A stretch of DNA of 64,000 nt from an uncultured Dehalococcoidia bacterium (lineage in GTDB: Bacteria > Chloroflexota > Dehalococcoidia > Lucifugimonadales > UBA1127). The DNA lies in contig CAZVDP010000015.1 of NCBI GenBank assembly GCA_964625945.1, positions 6,703 through 70,702 of the forward strand, read 5' to 3'. Positions 56,187-64,000 of the stretch are shown piece after piece. Within the stretch, counting starts at the first letter, position 1. Every line of letters starts with the position of its first letter. The position numbers were made by a program, and so were the translations under genes. A model generated the notes under the pieces. That model saw only the letters and a list, made by a program, of their open reading frames with translations. It searched no databases and had not been told where the DNA came from.

Positions 56187-57020
56187 GGACAAGACTTTCG
56201 GATTCACCCTTCGCACCAACACATATAGGGTTAGCGTTAATCCCACTACGATTAGCCCAGCTACAGCGTCAACAACGTAGTGGTTACCTGTCACAACTAT
56301 CGAGACGAAATGAATCGATGGATATGCCAAGACCAAGTGTCTCAGATGTCGCCATACCAGTCCCCACAACACACAAGCAGTTAGCACGGTCCAACTGAAA
56401 TGAAGACTCGGAGTCGACGCCAGAGAATTATACAGAGGCATCATTCCCTCTCCACCGTAAATTGAAGGTCCATAGACCTGAATCGTGTCAACGAAGCCCG
56501 GAAGCATTCTCGGCGGGGCTACAGGAAACACGGAAAAGCTGATTAACGCCAAGATCGTGCTGATTACTATGAGTGTACGGTACCGCCTATAAAGACATTG
56601 GTGGCGGATATAAGTAAATACTGCAAGAGACAGTATTGAGGGCCAGAACGCCAATAGGTAATACCAATTAAACACCCGGACAACTAGTGAGCCAGCATCG
56701 ATAGCCCACCGCTGCCACATTAGCTCCCAAGATAGCCCCAACCCATCCGATAGCTCCACTATGAATTCAGCGTTCCGCAACGCAATGCTGTCTGATGACG
56801 GGAACACCACTTTGGCAAGCGCCAAATAGGTCCCATATAACAACGCAAATCCAATGCCTTCGATGACAACACTTGGCAACCAACGACGAAATCCAAGAGA
56901 TAGCTTTGGCGGAGAAACAAGTTGATTGGCGAGCTTAGGAGATTTAGCCATCGTAATTACAGGTTGGGAACAAATGCCTCCTTGCAGCAAAGAGACGGCT
57001 TGCCAAACGATGAACATCAA
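56145..57020 (-). CDS. PAP2-superfamily membrane protein (inositol-phosphorylceramide/sphingomyelin-synthase-like)
   Basis: Multi-TM protein with PSLHFSW and GNHYVVDAVAG (PAP2 C2/C3-like motifs). The start may be at MAKSPK (56951). Confidence 0.6.
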   Translation of the reverse strand: MMFIVWQAVSLLQGGICSQPVITMAKSPKLANQLVSPPKLSLGFRRWLPSVVIEGIGFALLYGTYLALAKVVFPSSDSIALRNAEFIVELSDGLGLSWELMWQRWAIDAGSLVVRVFNWYYLLAFWPSILSLAVFTYIRHQCLYRRYRTLIVISTILALISFSVFPVAPPRMLPGFVDTIQVYGPSIYGGEGMMPLYNSLASTPSLHFSWTVLTACVLWGLVWRHLRHLVLAYPSIHFVSIVVTGNHYVVDAVAGLIVVGLTLTLYVLVRRVNPKVLSLLRLCFTCRSKHR

Positions 57021-57090
57021 AGCGGATACTTGATCGCCTACCTGTCGGACATATCAGCTTAGCCATCAACCGTTAGCTTATTAACATATC

Positions 57091-57618
57091 TTAGTTCCAA
57101 CGCGCCCGTACTACAGGCGACGATACTAATGTTTGCATAACCACACAGTACTGTTCAGTTTTCTCACGCAACATCTTGACTTGTTCGGAAGTAGCCTGAG
57201 GTGCGGTTATATCAAAGAATACTTCAATTTCTTCGAACCCAACAGGAACGTTCTGAGCTATCCCCAAGGTCCCTCGTAAATCTAGTTCACCTACTACATT
57301 AACTTTGATCCCTTCCACTGGGATTCTTAGCGCTTCTGCAACTAATTGACACGTTATCTGTGCACACGCAGCTAGTGCCCCCAAGAGAAGGTCACCTGAA
57401 CACGCGCCCGTCCCCGGCCCTCCGACTCCAGCATGCGCCTGTGCCGCGTAAATCGCTCGCCCTATATCCACGGAACAAACCAAGGCAGAACCTTCCTGTC
57501 CTGCACTAGCGGACAGACGAATCCTGGCAGCGTCAGGGTCTTTCCGATACGACTGTTTCAATGGCTTTTGTAGCTCTCGAAGCTCTGCCATGTAATCCTC
57601 CACTACCGTGACGAACAC
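57091..57618 (-). CDS. OsmC-family peroxiredoxin-like protein
   Basis: 175 aa with the GALAAC...C and C-terminal EQYCVV Cys pattern of OsmC/Ohr. Confidence 0.75.
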   Translation of the reverse strand: MFVTVVEDYMAELRELQKPLKQSYRKDPDAARIRLSASAGQEGSALVCSVDIGRAIYAAQAHAGVGGPGTGACSGDLLLGALAACAQITCQLVAEALRIPVEGIKVNVVGELDLRGTLGIAQNVPVGFEEIEVFFDITAPQATSEQVKMLREKTEQYCVVMQTLVSSPVVRARWN

Positions 57619-57668
57619 TTCGGTTTCTTCGAGGTGCTTTCTACCAAGGTGAATCGTCAGGGTTCAAT

Positions 57669-59087
57669 TTAACCACCCGCCGGCCCAGACCCAAGACCTG
57701 GTTCTGTCATCTGAACCGGATCCAATAAACGATCTAGTTCTTCTCCAGTAAGATCAGTCTTCTCGATAGCAACCTCGCGGATAGTACGATCGGTCTTCGC
57801 AGCTTCCTTAGCGATCTCTGCAGCAGAATCATAGCCGATGGCCGGAGAAAGAGCAGTCCCCAACATGAGACCTTTTTCTACCATTTCAGGCCCACGCTTA
57901 GTTGCCTGAAGACCTCGGATACACTGATCAGATAGATTATGCGCCGAATTGGCCAGTAAAGCGATACTCTCTAAAAGATTGTGAGCTGCGACCGGCATCA
58001 TAGTGTTAAGTTCGAAGTATCCGGCTTGTCCGGAAAGGACTACCGCTGTATCGTTCCCTATCACCTGAGCAACTACCTGTATGACTGATTCGGTGATCAC
58101 AGGATTAACCTTTCCAGGCATGATCGACGAACCTGGCTGCACCTCAGGCAACGCCAATTCACCAAGTCCAGCCCGAGGGCCGGACCCTAACAAGCGAATA
58201 TCATTTGCGATCTTGTAAAGACTTACCGCAATCGTTCTCAAACTCCCACTAGCGGCCACAATATTGTCAAGCGTACTCTGTGATTGGAAATGATTATCTG
58301 TCTCTTGGATATCAACTCCTACCCAACTTGCCAAAAGCTCACACACCATGCCTGAGAATTTGGGATGGGCATTGATTCCTGTCCCAACTGCGGTCCCGCC
58401 CAGTGCTACTTCGCCGAGTTCAGACTTGGCATACGATAGCCGACTCTGTCCTCTTTCAATTTGTCCGGCATATCCTCTAAATTCCTGGCCGAGGCGAACG
58501 GGTGTCGCATCTTGTAGATGTGTCCGTCCTGTTTTGACTACACCCCAAAATTCGTCGGCTTTGGCGTCAAGCGAGCCCCTTAATGCATCCAAACCAGGCA
58601 ACAGATCTTCTTCTATCGAAAGGAGCGCTGCTACATGGATCGCCGTCGGAATCACATCGTTAGAGGACTGACACGTATTAACATGATCATTTGGATGTAC
58701 CAATCGTGTGCCGACACCGCCTCCCAGCAATTCGTTAGCTCGGTTGGCTATAACCTCATTAGCATTCGTATTGGTTGACGTTCCTGAACCGGTCTGGAAA
58801 ATATCCACCACAAAATGGCTGTCATGATCGCCATTTGCTACCTCTGAGGCAGCTTGCACAATGGATTGGCCAAGCTTAGGATCCAATAAGCCCAGCTGTG
58901 TATTCACCGTTGCGGCAGCTTGCTTGACTAATCCTAAAGCTTGAATAAACCTGCGCGAAAATCGCGAGCTACTAATTGGGAAGTTCAATACGGCTCGCAT
59001 CGTTGACGCACCAAAATAAGCATCTGCCGGAACTTCCATTTCCCCCATAGAATCTCGCTCAATGCGTACTTTCTTTTGATCTCCCAT
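57669..59087 (-). CDS. fumC: Class II fumarate hydratase
   Basis: GSSIMPGKVNP signature, SSNDVIPTA and TGRTHLQDATPVRLGQEF motifs. Confidence 0.85.
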   Translation of the reverse strand: MGDQKKVRIERDSMGEMEVPADAYFGASTMRAVLNFPISSSRFSRRFIQALGLVKQAAATVNTQLGLLDPKLGQSIVQAASEVANGDHDSHFVVDIFQTGSGTSTNTNANEVIANRANELLGGGVGTRLVHPNDHVNTCQSSNDVIPTAIHVAALLSIEEDLLPGLDALRGSLDAKADEFWGVVKTGRTHLQDATPVRLGQEFRGYAGQIERGQSRLSYAKSELGEVALGGTAVGTGINAHPKFSGMVCELLASWVGVDIQETDNHFQSQSTLDNIVAASGSLRTIAVSLYKIANDIRLLGSGPRAGLGELALPEVQPGSSIMPGKVNPVITESVIQVVAQVIGNDTAVVLSGQAGYFELNTMMPVAAHNLLESIALLANSAHNLSDQCIRGLQATKRGPEMVEKGLMLGTALSPAIGYDSAAEIAKEAAKTDRTIREVAIEKTDLTGEELDRLLDPVQMTEPGLGSGPAGG

Positions 59088-59297
59088 ATTGCTCTCCTTA
59101 CATCAAAGCTCTGGATAACAAGCAACTACGTCGTTTCAAACAACGACGCGTGCCCAAATGGACAATTGAAACAATCGAACTTATTCCACTTGCTTGATGC
59201 CCTCAGTCCATCAAGCAGAACGATCTATTGATACATTACCCGAACCCCCAAACAGAGGGGCTCAACTGGAGATTGCCTATGGGCGTTCGCATCCTTC

Positions 59298-59720
59298 TTA
59301 AGTGAGGCTTCTTCCCCGTCTGGATGCGACTTCGGCCAGGAGGTATTCAATCATGGCTTCTGTGGTTGATCCCGGCCCGAAAATTTCATCTACACCAATG
59401 GCTTTCAACGAGGACTGATCATCATCAGGGATGATACCACCCAAAACAACAAGTGTATGCCCCATACCGCGTTCTTCAAGCCCCGCAGTTATAAGTGGCA
59501 CAAGCTCCATATGAGCTCCGGAAAGAACAGACAATCCCACGACATCAACATCCTCTTGGATTGCAGCCTCGACGATCATCTCCGGTGTCTGACGGATACC
59601 TGTATACACCACCTCCATACCTGCGTCCCTGAGCGAACGAGCGACAACCTTCGCACCGCGATCATGTCCATCCAAGCCAGGTTTCGCCACTAAAACCTTG
59701 ATCGACAAGTTATTGTTCAT
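59298..59720 (-). CDS. Methylmalonyl-CoA mutase, B12-binding (small) subunit
   Basis: [12 protein letters not shown] (the DxHxxG cobalamin motif) and 140 aa length. Confidence 0.9.
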   Translation of the reverse strand: MNNNLSIKVLVAKPGLDGHDRGAKVVARSLRDAGMEVVYTGIRQTPEMIVEAAIQEDVDVVGLSVLSGAHMELVPLITAGLEERGMGHTLVVLGGIIPDDDQSSLKAIGVDEIFGPGSTTEAMIEYLLAEVASRRGRSLT

Positions 59721-60147
59721 CGTAAATGTCTCGCTCGACTAACTCGAATAAAACTCCACCAGTGGCTTTGGGATGCAGGAACCCGATTGTTCCGGCTGCC
59801 CCTTTACGAGGGCTCTGGTCAATCAGTGATACACCGCGTTCCTGAAATTCCCTCAACCGCTGACTAATATTCTCAACCTCAAACGCAACATGATGGAGTG
59901 CGTCTCCCCTACGTTCAATAAACCGGCCTATACTTCCATTCGGATCTGTCGGTTCGATTAACTCTAGACGACTATGTCCAACTTGTATTAGGCAGGCAAG
60001 CACTCCTTGATCAGCAATTTCCTCTAGAGGCCCTACTTCAATATCAAAAAGCGATTGATATAAAGTCAAGGTATCTCGGATGCTCTGAACGGCAATGCAG
60101 ACGTGGTCAAGATTCCTGAGACTACACGGGGACACATTTTCATCCAT
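59710..60147 (-). CDS. Methylmalonyl-CoA epimerase (VOC family)
   Basis: [13 protein letters not shown] and HHVAFEV motifs, in an MCM context. Confidence 0.85.
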   Translation of the reverse strand: MDENVSPCSLRNLDHVCIAVQSIRDTLTLYQSLFDIEVGPLEEIADQGVLACLIQVGHSRLELIEPTDPNGSIGRFIERRGDALHHVAFEVENISQRLREFQERGVSLIDQSPRKGAAGTIGFLHPKATGGVLFELVERDIYDEQ

Positions 60148-60150
60148 ATG

Positions 60151-61305
60151 TTAGCCACCCATCTTTCCGAGAACATGACGCGCAATGACCATCCTCTGCA
60201 CCTCCGAGGTTCCCTCGTAAATCTCAGTAACCTTCGCATCCCTATAAAGACGCTCGACCAAGGTAGGTTTGAAATATCCGATCCCTCCATGAATCTGAAC
60301 CGCTTCATTCGTACAATAAGTCGCTGATGCCGAAGCATAGAATTTTGCCATGCACGCTTCCTTGATAAAGGGTAAACCTGCGTCTCTCAACATAGCTGCA
60401 TTGCGAACCATCAGCCGTGATGCCTCCACTCGAGTAGCCATCTCAGCAAGCTTGAATTGAATTCCCTGATGATCACTAATGGGTACTCCAAATGACTTTC
60501 GCTGCTTAGAATACTGAATAGCGGCTTCAAGCGCAGCCTGCGCGAAACCTACCGCCTGAGCAGCAATCGTGATGCGGCTGGAATCCAACGTCAGCATAGC
60601 AATCTTGAATCCTTCTCCTTCAACTCCCATGAGATTCTCCTGAGGAACCGGGACATCCTGGAGAAAAACCTGAGCGGTGTCGGACGCCCGCATGCCCATC
60701 TTTGTTCCTAGAGATTGGGCTTCGAGCCCCCCAAACTCTCTCTCCACGATGAACGCCGTAATGCCTCGGGATCTCTTCTCAGGGTCCATGGTCGCGTAGA
60801 CAACAAACGTATCAGCAAAATCCCCATTCGTGATCCAAGTCTTACTCCCATTAATCAAGTAAGAGCCATCAGTTTTTTTTGCCGACGTCTGTAGGGCTGC
60901 CGCATCGCTACCCATTCCAGGCTCGGACAGTCCAAATGCACCAATCTTCTCTCCTGATATAAGTTCAGGAAGATATTTCTTCTTCTGGGCGTCATTAGCA
61001 AATCCGTGAATGTTCTGTATCGCTAGAGACACATGGGCGATCCAAGTTAGGCTCGTAGCACCACAGCACCTAGTTAACTCTTCAGCTACGATTGCGAGCT
61101 CCCGCGCCCCTCCCCCAGTGCCCCCATACTCAGGATCGACTCCAACACCAAACAATCCCAAACCCCCCATCGCCTTCATTGCTTCCCAAGGGAATTCCTG
61201 GGTGGAATCCAGTTCATCGGCTTTAGGAGCTAGTTCTTGTTCGGAAAAATCTCGAACCATATTCTGCAGAAGTTTCTCTTCCTCAGTAAGAAACAGATCA
61301 CTCAC
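60151..61305 (-). CDS. Acyl-CoA dehydrogenase
   Basis: 384 aa with GLSEPGMGSDA, and the C-terminal QIHGGIGY...YEGTSEVQ motif. Confidence 0.9.
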   Translation of the reverse strand: MSDLFLTEEEKLLQNMVRDFSEQELAPKADELDSTQEFPWEAMKAMGGLGLFGVGVDPEYGGTGGGARELAIVAEELTRCCGATSLTWIAHVSLAIQNIHGFANDAQKKKYLPELISGEKIGAFGLSEPGMGSDAAALQTSAKKTDGSYLINGSKTWITNGDFADTFVVYATMDPEKRSRGITAFIVEREFGGLEAQSLGTKMGMRASDTAQVFLQDVPVPQENLMGVEGEGFKIAMLTLDSSRITIAAQAVGFAQAALEAAIQYSKQRKSFGVPISDHQGIQFKLAEMATRVEASRLMVRNAAMLRDAGLPFIKEACMAKFYASASATYCTNEAVQIHGGIGYFKPTLVERLYRDAKVTEIYEGTSEVQRMVIARHVLGKMGG

Positions 61306-61443
61306 TTCAGTCCTCCACCATAATTTTATGGGCCGACGCCTATGTTACCAGTAACGCCAAACCTAATTCCAACCGGAAAACTTCGCCATTAATCGATAAC
61401 AAGAAGCACCTATCTAAGTTTAAACCGATTGGGCACAAGCTTT

Positions 61444-63096
61444 CTACACGACATTTTGATGCTGATGCTCTCCAAACACAGATCGGAGTGTATCTGCGAT
61501 CTCTCCGGTGGTGCAATAAGCCTCCACACATAGCAAAATCGAAGGCACCGTGTTTTCATCAGATAAGGCCACAGATTTCAGCTCGTTCAGCGCGTTGAGA
61601 GCCTTCTGGGGATCTCGCTTCGCACGAACCTCCTGCACACGTTCAATCTGACGTCGAGTCTGATCGGGATCGATTCGAAGGATCCCCTTGATTGGCTCGT
61701 AATCAACGGCAAATCGATTAACTCCCACGACTGTCTTGTCCTTTGCCTCTACCAAGCGCTGATGTTTCAGCGCAGCTTCGGTAATCTCCGTTTGTTGATA
61801 TCCTCTTTCCAGCCCCGCTAGGGCTCCGCCCATTCGGTCCATCTGTGCAATATATTTGAAAGCCTGTTCTTCAAGCTCATTCGTGAGGTGCTCAACATAG
61901 TAGGATCCCCCAAGGGGGTCGACCACATCAGCTACGCCGCTTTCAAATGCTAGGACTTGCTGAGTCCTCAGTGATAGTCGTACAGATTCTTCAGTCGGTA
62001 GAGCTAGAGCTTCATCACGAGAATTCACATGCAGCGACTGCGTGCCACCTAGTATTGCTGCCAACGCCTGGACAGTACAACGCACCACGTTATTATCAGA
62101 CTGTTGGGCTGCCAGAGTAACTCCAGCCGTTTGAGTATGGAATCTCAACGTCCATGCCCGAGGATTTTGGGCTTTAAACCGATCCTTCATGATTTTGGCC
62201 CACATCCGACGCGCTGCTCGAAACTTGGCCACCTCTTCAAGAAGATTATTATGTGAAGCAAAGAAGAATGACAGCCGGGGACCGAACGAATCAACGTCCA
62301 AACCGACTGAAGTCGCCGATTCCACGTATTCGATCGCATCCGCAAAAGTGAACGCTAACTCTTGTGCGGCGGTGCAGCCAGCCTCGCGCATATGGTAACC
62401 ACTGATGCTGATAGTGTTCCATCGAGGCATGTGTTCAGCGCAATACTTGAGGACATCAACCACAAGACGCAGAGACGGTCTGGGCGGATAAATGTATGTG
62501 CCGCGCGCTATATATTCCTTAAGAATATCATTCTGAATCGTCCCAGATAGGTCTTTCTCTAAGATTCCCTGTTGCTTGGCAACAGCTACGTAAAGGCAAA
62601 GCAAGATCGAGGCCGTTGCGTTAATGGTCATGGACGTACTCACACTGTCCAGAGGAATCCCATCAAAAAGAATTTCCATATCTCTCAATGACGATATTGG
62701 GACTCCAACTTTTCCGACCTCACCGAGAGCCATCGGATGGTCAGAATCATAGCCCATTTGAGTGGGCAAATCGAAAGCAACTGACAAGCCAGTCTGGCCT
62801 TGCTCAAGCAGAAATCGGTAACGCCGATTTGACTCCTCAGCAGACGCGTAGCCCGAGTACTGCCGCATGGTCCAGAGACGCCCTCTGTACATGGTAGGCT
62901 GGACTCCTCGTGTGTACGGGAATTCCCCGGGAAAACTATGATCCTGTTTGGAATCTGGAATGTCTTCACTGGAATATAGGGGGTCTAATTCAATTCCAGA
63001 TTCTGTCTCGAATCGCTCCTGACGTTCGGGAGCACGTTCTATGGCCGGCGCCAATGTATTCGCAACCCATTCGTTTTTATTTTCCGACACAATCAC
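61444..63096 (-). CDS. Methylmalonyl-CoA mutase, catalytic (large) subunit
   Basis: [22 protein letters not shown] and [10 protein letters not shown] motifs. 550 aa with no B12 domain. Confidence 0.95.
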   Translation of the reverse strand: MIVSENKNEWVANTLAPAIERAPERQERFETESGIELDPLYSSEDIPDSKQDHSFPGEFPYTRGVQPTMYRGRLWTMRQYSGYASAEESNRRYRFLLEQGQTGLSVAFDLPTQMGYDSDHPMALGEVGKVGVPISSLRDMEILFDGIPLDSVSTSMTINATASILLCLYVAVAKQQGILEKDLSGTIQNDILKEYIARGTYIYPPRPSLRLVVDVLKYCAEHMPRWNTISISGYHMREAGCTAAQELAFTFADAIEYVESATSVGLDVDSFGPRLSFFFASHNNLLEEVAKFRAARRMWAKIMKDRFKAQNPRAWTLRFHTQTAGVTLAAQQSDNNVVRCTVQALAAILGGTQSLHVNSRDEALALPTEESVRLSLRTQQVLAFESGVADVVDPLGGSYYVEHLTNELEEQAFKYIAQMDRMGGALAGLERGYQQTEITEAALKHQRLVEAKDKTVVGVNRFAVDYEPIKGILRIDPDQTRRQIERVQEVRAKRDPQKALNALNELKSVALSDENTVPSILLCVEAYCTTGEIADTLRSVFGEHQHQNVV

Positions 63097-63321
63097 CTCC
63101 GATAATCGACCGTCGAGATAGAGCCTGAACAGGAGTGTATGGAACCAGCCCTCACAGTGTCAATTTCTTCCCAATTCGGGCCATAGCGTTCTTATTACAC
63201 CATAGGATTCTCTAAACCAACGTTTATGTTCACTATTTGTTCCCATGGGATCCGAACGAGTTCGCATAATTGACCCTAGATACACGTACCCCTAGAATGG
63301 CGATAAGGAGACGTTTTCCCC

Positions 63322-64000
63322 ATGACTGAACGGCTAGTCTCAGGGACCCCTCAAGTCGAGGACGTAAGACTCGATCGCACGCTGCGGCCAGAAACACTTG
63401 AAAACTATGTAGGGCAGGATCGGGTGAAGGATAATCTGCGCATCGCTATCGATGCTGCCCGGATGCGTGGCGAACCGTTAGACCATACTTTGCTCTACGG
63501 CCCCCCGGGCTTGGGCAAAACTACTCTTGCTTACATCCTGGGCCACGAAATGAGCGCCAATCTTAAAGTTACGTCTGGACCAGCGATAGAGCGCCCAGGC
63601 GACTTAGCAGCATTGCTCACGAATCTAGAGGAAGGCGATATTCTTTTCGTGGATGAGATTCACCGACTAAGCCGCCTGGTAGAGGAAGTCTTATATCCAG
63701 CCCTAGAAGAATTCGCCATAGATCTCCTCATTGGGAAAGGCCCAGGCGCACGGAGTATGCGGCTGCAACTGAAACCCTTTACATTAATTGGTGCAACTAC
63801 ACGTTTCGCTATGATGAGTGCACCATTGCGGGATCGTTTCGGTGCCATATACAGGTTAGAATTCTACAATCCCGATGAGACACAAAATATTTTGAGCCGA
63901 TCAGCAAAAATTCTCGGCTTAGAAACCTCTGATAAAGGCTTGGGTGAAATAGCTAAAAGGTCACGGGGAACCCCTCGGGTAGCCAATCGCCTCCTACGCA
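63322..64000 (+). CDS. ruvB: Holliday junction branch-migration ATPase RuvB (partial, runs off the window end)
   Basis: ATG after AAGGAG. Has [23 protein letters not shown] and FVDEIHRL motifs. It is not in the ORF track because there is no stop within the window. Confidence 0.9.
   Translation, partial: MTERLVSGTPQVEDVRLDRTLRPETLENYVGQDRVKDNLRIAIDAARMRGEPLDHTLLYGPPGLGKTTLAYILGHEMSANLKVTSGPAIERPGDLAALLTNLEEGDILFVDEIHRLSRLVEEVLYPALEEFAIDLLIGKGPGARSMRLQLKPFTLIGATTRFAMMSAPLRDRFGAIYRLEFYNPDETQNILSRSAKILGLETSDKGLGEIAKRSRGTPRVANRLLR

Noticed and set aside
63097-63321. Cobalamin riboswitch upstream of the methylmalonyl-CoA mutase large subunit
   Set aside because: No B12-box-like core was seen on the minus strand. 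The region is a short divergent promoter region shared with ruvB.

Overview
This is a 64-kb chromosomal segment of about 50% GC that is densely coding, with about 75 genes and many 1-11 nt gene overlaps. I saw no rRNA, CRISPR array, transposase, integrase or phage genes. Most genes are housekeeping. They include htpX, a variant ccmE, argF, der, and the heat-shock operon hrcA-grpE-dnaJ-prmA with a CIRCE-like operator. They also include pdxH, glmU, rsfS, ndk, tsaB/tsaE/thiL, tyrA-aroA-gmk, coaE, trxA, an ornithine-decarboxylase-like gene with speE, and a NifS/IscS-type cysteine desulfurase. The rest are thiG-thiE-thiS, a thiolase/DUF35 pair, fumC, a split methylmalonyl-CoA mutase cluster (with meaB 55 kb away) and partial ruvB. 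There are two tRNAs: tRNA-Ser(CGA) and a tRNA-Sec(UCA) (selC) just downstream of trxA. The most unusual items are: (1) a translationally coupled operon coaE / CbbQ-NorQ-type AAA+ ATPase / CoA-pyrophosphatase-like Nudix / 1080-aa VWA protein with no recognisable client gene nearby. (2) Two tandem collagen-like (G-X-Y) lipoprotein paralogs, plus a truncated third copy created by a 262-bp tandem duplication that also duplicated a bidirectional terminator, with an apparent gene-conversion tract between the two intact genes. (3) A rubrerythrin / CCG-domain Fe-S oxidoreductase / DUF3501 operon beside selC. (4) A CcmE whose heme-binding His is replaced by Cys (CxxxY). (5) Terminator-like hairpins placed directly in front of the ribosome-binding sites of glmU and a DUF4395 gene. 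The gene content suggests a Chloroflexota-like (possibly marine SAR202/Dehalococcoidia-like) bacterium, but that is inference only. All calls come from reading the translated ORFs and the sequence by eye. No database search was run.
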